DNA from: Lentisphaeria bacterium
Lineage (GTDB): Bacteria > Verrucomicrobiota > Lentisphaeria > Oligosphaerales > CAITYL01
Assembly: GCA_041648735.1 (NCBI GenBank)
Contig: JBAZOO010000003.1
Span: 53,670 to 117,669 of the forward strand
Direction: 5' to 3'
Length of the DNA: 64,000 nt
Within the stretch, counting starts at the first letter, position 1. The number at the start of each line of letters is the position of its first letter. The translations under genes and the position numbers were made by a program. Positions 56,350 through 64,000 of the stretch are shown here, piece by piece. Below the pieces are notes generated by a model, which ran no database searches, was not told the origin of the DNA, and saw only the letters and a program-made list of their open reading frames with translations.

Positions 56350-57387
56350 CTACCTGCCGTGATGACGATGATGCAGGTCCGGCCAGTGCGGATGTGAATG
56401 GACGACAGGCGCATGTCCGTGGAGATGGGAGTGCGCCGCGCCGGACGCCAGCCACTCATGGGAATGCTCGTGGTGCTCGTCGCCGTGGCGATGCTCGTGC
56501 TCGTGCATCATGACCTCGTGCTTATGGGCATGCCCGTGCCGGTCGAGAAACATCAGGGCAAGCGAGCCGGCCATGATGACGATGGCGAAGGCCTGAAGCG
56601 TGCTCAGCCCTTCGCCCAGCCACAGGAGCGAGGCCAGCACCCCGAAGAACGGGGCCAGGGAGAAGAGCATCTGCGCGCGAGTCGCACCCAGTCCGTGGGC
56701 GGCCCGGATGTACAGGACGATGCTGGCGCCGTAGGACACCCCGCCCAGCAGCAGCGCCCACAACCAGTCGGCGCCAATGCGCCAGTCGAACAGCGCCAGG
56801 CCGATGGCCAGGTTCGTCGTTCCGGCGATGAGCCCCTTCCAAAAGGTGCTCTCCTCGGGACTGATGCCGTCAATGACGGCGGTGAAGTTGTTATCCAACC
56901 CCCACGCGAGGCCCGCCCCGGCCACGCAAGCCAGGCCGATCCAACCCGCCCAGCCCTGCCCAAAGCTCAACAGCACCCCGGCGGCCAGCACGCCCACGTT
57001 GCCCAGCCAGACCCACTTGCCCAAGTGCTCGCGAAACAGGAGGAATGCCAGCACGGCCGTGGCCACCGCCTCCAGGTTCAGCCACATCGCCACTGACGCC
57101 GCCAAGGCATGCTTCAATCCGACCAGCAGCAGCACCGGCCCGACAATGCCGCCGAAGAAAATCGCCCCGAGCAGGTTGCGGCGATTGCGTCCGTCACGCG
57201 GAACGGGCACATGGCCGGACAGGCTGCGGCGTAGTACCAGCGGCAGCAGGCAGACGGCGGCGCCGAGGTAGAGCAGTCCGGCAAGCTGGTTGGCCTGGAG
57301 GCCGGCCAACAGCGTCTTGCTGAACGGCGTGGCGATGCCGAACAGCGCGGCTGACGCCAATGCCTGGATAAATGCCCGGTACTTCAT
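56350..57387 (-). CDS. EamA/DMT-family transporter with long His-rich C-terminal tail
   Basis: Ten hydrophobic segments in two EamA-like halves (FGIATPFSKTLL..., GLLYLGAA...). The tail is HGHAHKHEVMMHEHEHRHGDEHHEHSHEWLASGAAHSHLHGHAPVVHSHPHWPDLHHRHHGR. Confidence 0.8.
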   Translation of the reverse strand: MKYRAFIQALASAALFGIATPFSKTLLAGLQANQLAGLLYLGAAVCLLPLVLRRSLSGHVPVPRDGRNRRNLLGAIFFGGIVGPVLLLVGLKHALAASVAMWLNLEAVATAVLAFLLFREHLGKWVWLGNVGVLAAGVLLSFGQGWAGWIGLACVAGAGLAWGLDNNFTAVIDGISPEESTFWKGLIAGTTNLAIGLALFDWRIGADWLWALLLGGVSYGASIVLYIRAAHGLGATRAQMLFSLAPFFGVLASLLWLGEGLSTLQAFAIVIMAGSLALMFLDRHGHAHKHEVMMHEHEHRHGDEHHEHSHEWLASGAAHSHLHGHAPVVHSHPHWPDLHHRHHGR

Positions 57388-57523
57388 CGGAATCCCTGTT
57401 CGCCGAGACAGACCGGAACATTGTAACTGCCAGAATCCCGACGGCAAGCTCTTGTTTCGAACGCCGGGCCGCCCGCCAACTGCCGCTGTATCGTTTTATG
57501 GATTTGTCCAGTTTTGGAGGATT

Positions 57524-57578
57524 CCGGGGCCAGCCCCGCCGCCTTCCGCCGCGGCCCGGGGCGGTGACCGTGGCTCGG
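57524..57578 (+). repeat. 55-bp direct repeat, copy 2
   Basis: See 56160..56214. The two copies bracket the EamA gene. Confidence 0.85.
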
Positions 57579-57598
57579 TGCCGGGCTGATGCCTGCCG

Positions 57599-57871
57599 TC
57601 ACGGGATCAGGGCGTTCCAAGGCATGGCGTAGTCGTTTTCGGTCAGCGGTGCCATCTCCGTGACGGGCGCCAACACCAGTCCGGGGGCAATTTGGGATCG
57701 GGGATAACTTTTCCGGAAGGCGGACAGGCCGGAGGTGTCCCGGCGGGCAACGGCGCTGGCGAGCTTGACTTCCAGGGGGAAAAGGCGGTTGTCGCGCTCC
57801 AGGATCAGATCCACTTCAGCGCCGCCGGCGGGCCGTTCAAAATAGCGTTCCATGAATCGCCCCACGCCTTG
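57599..57871 (-). pseudogene. C-terminal fragment of a DUF4143-type AAA ATPase gene
   Basis: FMERYFERPAGGAEVDLILERDNRLFPLEVKLASAV matches the EVDfvle....piEVK C-terminal pattern of DUF4143 proteins (compare 16839..17972). No ATPase N-domain is present upstream. Confidence 0.5.
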
Positions 57872-58147
57872 AATTGCTGGCAAAATGCACGCGCAATCAT
57901 CAAATTGCAAGGTTTTTTGGGGGCAGGGAACAACGGCTGGAGGGCGGCCGCGCCGCGCCGCCGGGAAGCGTGGCACAGACATTCCGGCCTGTGCGCTGGA
58001 GTTTGGCGGAAGTTCTTGACTGATGATCGTCCTCGTCCTCGTCCTCGTCCTCGAATCGGAAGGGATCTCATCCAAAATCGAGGACGAGGGCGGGGGGGAG
58101 ACAGGCGGGCCGGCCGCCGCCAACGGCGGCGCGCAGGCCCAGCCCAG

Positions 58148-60691
58148 CTACTTCGGCGCCACGCCGGTGTAGCTGTCAACGAGGCTGAAGGCCCGCACCC
58201 GCTGCCGCAGCGCCGCGGTCGGCAAGGCGCACTCCAGGATGCAGACCTGCCTGGTTTCGCCCGGCTCCAGGTCGAAGAAGTTGTCGGAAAAGGCCTGGCC
58301 GGCCGCGCCAGGAATGTCCAGGCAAACCGCCAGGAGCAGCGCCTCGGCTTCCACGGTGAGCAGGTGCCCGCCCGCGGCGTCCTTGGCCTTCGCCAGGGCG
58401 AGCTTCGGGGCGCGGCGTTCCAGGTCCAGCCGTTTCGGCGGTGCCAGCGGCAGCAGCTTTTCGGAGATGATCCCCTCCTTGTCCGCCATTGTGGCCTTCA
58501 CGTAGAGGTTGTCGAGGCCGTGCTGCTGGACGAGCGTCGCCAGCGGGATTTCCTGATGGCACTGGGAGCTGCCCGGGGGCAGCGTGAGCTTCTTGCCGCC
58601 CTTGAGCAGCACCTGCCCGTCGAGCCGGCAGACCCGCCATTCCAGCCGGCCGCTGACGGCGGCGGGGCGGTCGTTGCAGAGCCAGAGTTCCGCCCTGGTC
58701 ACCGGCCGCGAATAGCTGTTGCCGGTGCGGATGGCCTCCTCGCCGTCGAGCCGGATGCTCGCCAGCACCGGCGCATAGAAGCGGCGGGCGGCGTAGTGCA
58801 GCGCCTTCCAGCGGCCGCCGAACTCCAGGCTGCTCCAGGAGGCGACCGGCCAGCAGTCGTTCAACTGCCAGTACATCGTCCCCATGCAGTGGGGCATCAG
58901 CCGGCGGAAATGGCTGACGGCCACCTCCATGCAGTGGGCCTGGTTGAGCTGGGAGAGGTAGGCCAGCGCCGCGTAGTCCTTGGGGAAGCGGTAGAGGCGG
59001 GAGACATAGTCGGCGATGATCTGGTTGCCGCCGCCGTTCTTCTGGTGGTTGTCGAAGATCGGCGAATAGACGTTGAGTTCCGCCGGGGGGCAGAAGGTGA
59101 GCGCCACCTCCTGGGAGGGGTAGGACTGCATGCCGAACTCGCTCAGGAAGCGGTGGGCCTGGGTTTCATAGTGGGAGACCGGTTTCCGGCTGTGCCAGAC
59201 CTGCCAGTCATGGGCGTCCTCGCTGGGCAGCTTGGTCGCGGGGCAGCCGGCGATTGCCATGCAGGGGGAGCCGTGGATGTAGGGGGCGCGGGCGTCCCAG
59301 CGGCGCAGGGCCGCGGGCAGGGTCTTGATGAACAGCCGTTCGTAGTCACGGGCGAGCTGGCGGCTCTTCTCGATGAAGCCGCCGTTGATCTGGATCAGCT
59401 CGTTGTTGCCGCACCAGAGGGCAATGCTCGGATGGGTGTGCAACCGCCGGACCTGGTCGTCGGCCTCCTTCTCGACGGACTTCACGAACGCCGGATCCGC
59501 CGGGTAGAGCGTGCAGGCGAACATGAAGTCCTGCCAGACCATGAGGCCAAGTTCGTCGCAGAGGTCGTAGAAGGAATCGTCCTCGTAGATGCCGCCGCCC
59601 CAGGCGCGGAGCATGTTCATGTTGGCGGCGGCGGCGGAGCGGAGCAGCGGTTCGTAGTCCGGCCGCGCGAGCCCGGCGACGAAGCTGTGGGCCGGAATCC
59701 AGTTGGCGCCCTTGCCGAAGACCGACCGGCCGTTGACGAGGAAGCGGAAATGGTTCCCGCCCGCCGGATCCGGCGACTGGTCCAGCAGGATCTCGCGCAG
59801 GCCGAGCCGCCGCGTCCAGCGGTCGAGGATCCGCCCCTCATGCACCAGCTCCAGTTCCAGGTCGTAGAGCGGCTGGCCGCCCTGCCCGTTCGGCCACCAC
59901 AGCCGCGGGTTGGCGACGGCCAGCTCCCCCCCCTGCATCTCGGCGACGGTGGCGCCCTGCCACAGCAGCCGCCCGCGCACGGTGCCGGCCCTGGGCTTCG
60001 CGCAAGCCGCCGCGACTTCGACGACCACCGTGCCGGACAAATGCCGCTGGGTGACGTTGACCGAGCGGAAACGGTTGCCCGACCACGCCTCCAGCCGCAC
60101 CGGCTTCCACACCCCCGCCGTGACCAGCCGCGGCCCCCAGTCCCAGCCGAACTGGCACGGCTGCTTGCGGATGCGGACGCTGTTGCCGACGGGGTCGTTG
60201 ACCTGGTTCGGCGGGGTGAATTCCGTCCGGTAGGCGCGGATGTATTTTTCCGCGCTGGCGAAGCGGACCAGCAGTTCGTTGACGCCGGCGCTGAGCAGCG
60301 GCTTCACCTCCAGGCGATGTTCGTGGAACATGTTCTCCGAGCGGAGGATCACCTTGCCGTTCAGGCTCACCTCCGCCACGGTGTCCAGCCCGTCGAAGCA
60401 CAGTTCCATGTGCTCCTGCTCCAACCAGCCCCGCGGCACGCGGAAGCGGCAGCGGTAGGTCCAATCCTCTTCGCCGATCCATTGCAGCAGCTCCTCGTTG
60501 CGCCCGTAGAAGGGGTCGGGAATCAAGTCGTGCCGCCGCAAGTCCTTGTGGACGCAGCCGGGGACCGCCGCGGCAAGCCACTGCCCCCGATGCTGGAATT
60601 CCCAGCCCTCGCCCAAGACCAGGCTCTGGAGTGCCTCAGGAGACGGCAGGGGAACGGGACGGCGGGTTTTCATGGCTGGCGTCTTTTCCAT
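58148..60691 (-). CDS. beta-mannosidase (GH2)
   Basis: W.F......W..A.VPGCVHKDLRRHDLIPDPFYGRNEELLQWIGEEDWTYRC.F, then NGRSVFGKGANWIP, MLRAWGGGIYE, CDELGLMVWQDFMFAC, SEFGMQS. The pattern is typical of GH2 beta-mannosidases. Confidence 0.85.
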   Translation of the reverse strand: MEKTPAMKTRRPVPLPSPEALQSLVLGEGWEFQHRGQWLAAAVPGCVHKDLRRHDLIPDPFYGRNEELLQWIGEEDWTYRCRFRVPRGWLEQEHMELCFDGLDTVAEVSLNGKVILRSENMFHEHRLEVKPLLSAGVNELLVRFASAEKYIRAYRTEFTPPNQVNDPVGNSVRIRKQPCQFGWDWGPRLVTAGVWKPVRLEAWSGNRFRSVNVTQRHLSGTVVVEVAAACAKPRAGTVRGRLLWQGATVAEMQGGELAVANPRLWWPNGQGGQPLYDLELELVHEGRILDRWTRRLGLREILLDQSPDPAGGNHFRFLVNGRSVFGKGANWIPAHSFVAGLARPDYEPLLRSAAAANMNMLRAWGGGIYEDDSFYDLCDELGLMVWQDFMFACTLYPADPAFVKSVEKEADDQVRRLHTHPSIALWCGNNELIQINGGFIEKSRQLARDYERLFIKTLPAALRRWDARAPYIHGSPCMAIAGCPATKLPSEDAHDWQVWHSRKPVSHYETQAHRFLSEFGMQSYPSQEVALTFCPPAELNVYSPIFDNHQKNGGGNQIIADYVSRLYRFPKDYAALAYLSQLNQAHCMEVAVSHFRRLMPHCMGTMYWQLNDCWPVASWSSLEFGGRWKALHYAARRFYAPVLASIRLDGEEAIRTGNSYSRPVTRAELWLCNDRPAAVSGRLEWRVCRLDGQVLLKGGKKLTLPPGSSQCHQEIPLATLVQQHGLDNLYVKATMADKEGIISEKLLPLAPPKRLDLERRAPKLALAKAKDAAGGHLLTVEAEALLLAVCLDIPGAAGQAFSDNFFDLEPGETRQVCILECALPTAALRQRVRAFSLVDSYTGVAPK

Positions 60692-60722
60692 GGTGGGCGG
60701 GCCTTGGGTTTTCTGGCTGGCG

Positions 60723-62366
60723 TCATTTTGCGGACTTCGCATGGACCTCCACCTCGGTGGTGAAGGCGAAGGCCGGGGAAAAGTTCACATCTTCCTTGTG
60801 ATTTTCGACGTACGTCACCCGGACATAGCGGGCGTCAACCGGGGGGAAGCTGAAGACATGGCGTTCCTGCTTGCGGAGGGCGAAATCATGGGCGCCCACT
60901 TCGGTGAACGCCTGGCTGTCGGCGCTCACTGACACCTTCACGCTCTTGGTCGAGCCAAACGCTGGCACGCCCAGGACGACCATGCTGACCGGCGCCGGCC
61001 GCTCCAGGTCAATGGTCACATGCTTCGGGAAGGCCGCGGCGTTGCCGGTGGCGAAGCAGCCCGAACTGGTTGTCTCCCAGGAGCCGTCGGTCAGGCCGCC
61101 GCTCCCCCAGTTGTAGTTGTTGGGATCGCTGCATTCATATTTCTTGTGAAGCGCCAGGTTCGGGCCTTCAGGGGCGGGGACAATGGCAATGGCCACTTCC
61201 GGCCGCCGGCCGGCGGTCGCCCAGATGGCCTCCTGGAAGCCGGTGTCGGCGGCCATGAGCCCCTGGCAGATCGAATCCCGGTAGGCCGGGTCATCCATCA
61301 AGGGGAGGCGGACGGTGCGCCAGGCCGTGTAGTAGTTGCCCTGCCGGGCGCTGATCAGGTCATGCAGCAGCTTGGCGGCGGGGCTGGCGGCCGGCAAGGG
61401 CGTGCCGCTGGCCAAGGCCTGAGCCGAAACGCCCTTCAGGATCGCCTTGCCGTCCACCAGCACATCGTAGAACCCCTCGGGCAGCCCCTTGACCACCAGC
61501 TTGGGCAGGGCAAACTCCAGCAGGCCGCAGTCGCTGGCCACCCCCTGCGAACTGGGATCGATCCAGAAGGGGAATGCCGGGAGCTTGCCCTTGAGGACGG
61601 CCTGGTTGCCGGCCTGGCTGACCAACTGCACCCCGCCTTCGGCGGTGCCAGCCTTCAGGTCGGCGGCGCCGAGCGGCGGCACCGGTTCGGCAAAGGCCGT
61701 CAGCATCTGCCGGGCCATCACCAGGTGCCCCTTCGCATCCGGGTGGACGGCATCGGGGATCATGCTGAACCCCGGCTGCCTCGCCTTCTGTTCCGTCTGG
61801 AAGGCCAGCATGGGATGATGCACGTCCACAAAGTCGCACTGGTATTTTTCGGCCAGCCCCTTCCCGGCATTGCCCAGCGCTTCAAGGGTCTGGTTGTAGT
61901 CGCACGCCCCAAGCGCCTTCTTCCGGTCATAGTCGACGCAGCCGGGAGTGAAGACGATGACCCTGACATCCTTCGCCTGCAGCGCCTGGATGATCTTTTC
62001 CAGGTTGTCGCGGTAGGTCGTGAGCGTGCGGTCATTGAGGGCGGCGTAGTTGCCGTCGTTCATCCCGAAGAAGAGCGTCACCACGGTGGGTTTGAGGGAG
62101 AGCACGTCCCGTTCGAGGCGGGCCAGGGCGCCCGGGGCGCGGTCGCCGCTCCAGCCGGCATTGAAGAAGGTGGCCTTGAGTTCCGGATAGCGGCACTGGA
62201 TGTACTGCTGGATGTAGAGGGTGTAGAGCCGCTGCTCGGTGATGCTGTCGCCGTAGAACACCACGCGGTCGCCGGGCTTCAGGGGCGTGGCCGCCTGGAG
62301 GGACGGCAATGCCTGAAGCAGGAAGAGGAGCGCGGCAAACCCAGCCAATCGTTGAATCCTGGACAT
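60723..62366 (-). CDS. secreted SGNH/GDSL hydrolase with C-terminal F5/8 type C (discoidin)-like domain
   Basis: Signal peptide MSRIQRLAGFAALLFLLQALPSLQA. SGNH blocks VVFYGDSITEQ, NAGWSGD, FFGMNDG, DAVHP. C-terminal YECSDPNNYNWGSGGLTDGSWET....ARYVRVTY is discoidin-like. Confidence 0.75.
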   Translation of the reverse strand: MSRIQRLAGFAALLFLLQALPSLQAATPLKPGDRVVFYGDSITEQRLYTLYIQQYIQCRYPELKATFFNAGWSGDRAPGALARLERDVLSLKPTVVTLFFGMNDGNYAALNDRTLTTYRDNLEKIIQALQAKDVRVIVFTPGCVDYDRKKALGACDYNQTLEALGNAGKGLAEKYQCDFVDVHHPMLAFQTEQKARQPGFSMIPDAVHPDAKGHLVMARQMLTAFAEPVPPLGAADLKAGTAEGGVQLVSQAGNQAVLKGKLPAFPFWIDPSSQGVASDCGLLEFALPKLVVKGLPEGFYDVLVDGKAILKGVSAQALASGTPLPAASPAAKLLHDLISARQGNYYTAWRTVRLPLMDDPAYRDSICQGLMAADTGFQEAIWATAGRRPEVAIAIVPAPEGPNLALHKKYECSDPNNYNWGSGGLTDGSWETTSSGCFATGNAAAFPKHVTIDLERPAPVSMVVLGVPAFGSTKSVKVSVSADSQAFTEVGAHDFALRKQERHVFSFPPVDARYVRVTYVENHKEDVNFSPAFAFTTEVEVHAKSAK

Positions 62367-62753
62367 TTCACTTTCCCTTTCGTTCAACCTGCTGTTCCCG
62401 GTTTTCCAGTTAGTTGGACAATCCGCACAGCCGGCGCCAGGCAAGAGTGCCTGGGGGAGCAGGCGGCACGCCGCTCCCCCCCATGGGATTTTGCAATCTA
62501 CACCGCTCAGCGGCAGATGAAAGCGCGGAAGCGGGCCGGATTTTTCTCCTCGCCGATGCCGGGGGTCATCTGCACCCACTGCTTGCGCCCCAGGCCGTCA
62601 TCGTCGTTGACAATGAAGTTGAGCCGGAAGGCATTCCGCGGCGCCCCCCCAGTGAATCCCAGCATCTTCCATGGCAGGGCCAGGCGGTAGACAGTCCTTC
62701 CCTCCCCGCGCGTGGCCGCGCCCCGCGCCGGATCCTTCAGCCGCCCCAGCGAT

Positions 62754-63905
62754 TCACGCCTCCGGCGGCTTCCGCGCGGCGGCGACGGTCAGGGCCGGGG
62801 CCGGGCCGGGCTGCAAAACGACCACGCTCACCGTGCCGCCGGCCGTCGCCGTCCCGGCCTCCGCCATTGTCAGCCGGTAGTTCTGCCCCCCCAAGCGGAG
62901 CGTATGCTTCTCCCGCCGCACCGCCTCCAGGAGCAGCTCCAGCCGCTCCGCACCCTCGCCGCCGACGAACAAGCCCCGGGCCTGGCTGTTGGCCAGCAGC
63001 AGGTCGCCGCTGGCGTTCAACACCAGCGCCGGCACGGGGATCGCCGCGACCAGCGCCTGCGAGACCTGCTTCTCCTGGGCCAGCCGCCGCCGGCTCTCCT
63101 CGGACATCCCATTGAGGTTTTCGATCAGCCGGTTGCAGGCGATGGCCACCCGGTTGAGATAGTCCTCCTTCAGTTCGGGCAGGCGCAGGCTCAGGTCGCC
63201 GGCGGTGACGCCTTGGATCAGCCGCTGCATCAGCCGGGCCGGGCGGATCAGCGCCTCATCAACCTGATAAATGAACAGCAGCAGCACGAGAATCCCGGCA
63301 AAGGTGAGCGCCACCATCCAGAAGGCCAGGGTGCGGGCGCTGCGCGTCGCCTGTTCGCGGGTGGCGGCCAGTTCACGGTTAGTGGCGGCCAGCCATTCGG
63401 CCAGCTCCCGGCGGGCCGTCACCGAGGCGGGGACCGCCTGGTAGCGGAAACGGTCGAGGACGGCGGCGGCCGGGGACGGCGGCTCCGCGGCCGCCAGCAG
63501 CCGCCCCACCGCGTCCAGTTCCCGGACATACCCCTCCACGGCCGGCTCCACCCGCAGGAACGGCGCCGGCGCCCCCCCGGGCCGGCGGGCCATCTCCCCC
63601 GCCACTTCCTGCACCGTCTGCCGCAGCTCGCGGCCCACCTCGGTCACCTGGACGCCCCCCCGCCGCCGCTCGTCCGGCCGTTCGGGCAAGGCGGCATCGC
63701 TCAGCAACTGGCGCAGCTCCTGATGCCGTTCCACCAACTGGAGCAGGAGCCGTTGCCCGGCCATCGCATCGTCGTGCTCCCGCGCCATTTCCTGGCCGAC
63801 GGCCAGCTCGAACCGGTGGAACCCCACGACCGCGCCGAGGCCGGTCAGCAGGAGAAGGGCAAACAAGGAATAGACCCAAGTGCGGATGCTCAAATGGAAA
63901 CGCAT
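62754..63905 (-). CDS. membrane-anchored HAMP-domain protein with C-terminal PAS-like region (no kinase or MCP output domain seen)
   Basis: Two TM segments flank a helical extracytoplasmic part. HAMP: IRPARLMQRLIQGVTAGDLSLRLPELKEDYLNRVAIACNRLIENL. Confidence 0.6.
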   Translation of the reverse strand: MRFHLSIRTWVYSLFALLLLTGLGAVVGFHRFELAVGQEMAREHDDAMAGQRLLLQLVERHQELRQLLSDAALPERPDERRRGGVQVTEVGRELRQTVQEVAGEMARRPGGAPAPFLRVEPAVEGYVRELDAVGRLLAAAEPPSPAAAVLDRFRYQAVPASVTARRELAEWLAATNRELAATREQATRSARTLAFWMVALTFAGILVLLLFIYQVDEALIRPARLMQRLIQGVTAGDLSLRLPELKEDYLNRVAIACNRLIENLNGMSEESRRRLAQEKQVSQALVAAIPVPALVLNASGDLLLANSQARGLFVGGEGAERLELLLEAVRREKHTLRLGGQNYRLTMAEAGTATAGGTVSVVVLQPGPAPALTVAAARKPPEA

Positions 63906-63912
63906 GGCTCAT

Positions 63913-64000
63913 TCACCCCAGGCCGGAAAGGCGGTTGATGTCGGCTTCGTTCCCCACCACCACCAGCTTGTCGTCCGCCAGCAGCGGATCCTTGGGCGAC
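63913..64000 (-). CDS. 3-prime end of an upstream minus-strand gene (partial, runs off the window)
   Basis: My own translation of the reverse strand: ...SPKDPLLADDKLVVVGNEADINRLSGLG*. The stop TGA at 63913-63915 lies 7 nt before the HAMP gene ATG. Confidence 0.3.
   Translation of the reverse strand, partial: SPKDPLLADDKLVVVGNEADINRLSGLG

Noticed and set aside
58028-58089. (CGTCCT)x4 repeat, and an 11-bp stem CCTCGTCCTCG/CGAGGACGAGG with a ~25-nt loop, downstream of the mannosidase gene
   Set aside because: It could be a terminator-like hairpin, but there is no U-tract and the loop is long. There is not enough evidence to call a feature.

Overview
High-GC bacterial chromosomal window. Hand-counted sample lines are mostly ~60-70% GC, with several visibly lower-GC patches. 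The PEP-CTERM protein, the DUF1559/prepilin-type protein and the many secreted CAZymes suggest a PVC-group (Verrucomicrobia/Planctomycetes-like) organism; this taxon call is inference only.

Layout:
- 1-12.5 kb: secreted carbohydrate-active enzyme cluster (PEP-CTERM protein, beta-helix protein, GH57-like, CE7 and CE12-like esterases, DUF1559 pseudopilin-like protein, GH9-like protein, one unknown protein). The last two genes sit on a lower-GC segment flanked by short direct repeats.
- 12.7-24.3 kb: housekeeping genes (gap with a canonical Rex box, RodA/FtsW-type SEDS protein, hflX, a DUF4143 AAA ATPase, a nucleotidyltransferase, rex, purB, mazG, proB, tRNA-Pro).
- 24.3-41.0 kb: the most interesting part. 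This is a ~16.7 kb accessory island next to tRNA-Pro, bracketed by two 87-bp direct repeats that differ at one base. It carries a tightly packed minus-strand operon. In transcription order the genes are HTH-SNF2-DUF3883-like helicase, RAYT-SLOG fusion, small RNase H-like protein, Ser/Thr kinase, DUF1156 (COG1743) amino-methyltransferase, Schlafen/AlbA_2-type regulator (COG2865) and DUF499 ATPase. This looks like a PglZ-less, Pgl/BREX-2-like or Hma/MADS-like methylation-associated defence system.
- The operon is colonised by two different REP/RAYT families. One RAYT domain is embedded in frame inside the methyltransferase. Eight copies of its palindromic element sit in frame inside the methyltransferase and helicase ORFs.
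- 41-64 kb: yjbQ, ROK kinase, a giant secreted beta-propeller/TPR protein, a low-GC peroxiredoxin, a GldA/F/G-like ABC cluster with DUF4340, a Lys/Ala-rich basic protein, a URO-D family protein, an AraC regulator, a His-tailed EamA transporter flanked by a 55-bp duplication, GH2 beta-mannosidase, an SGNH/F5-8C esterase and a HAMP protein.

Many long ORFs in the track that lie antisense to these genes are high-GC artefacts. All family assignments are by eye from motifs; no database search was possible.
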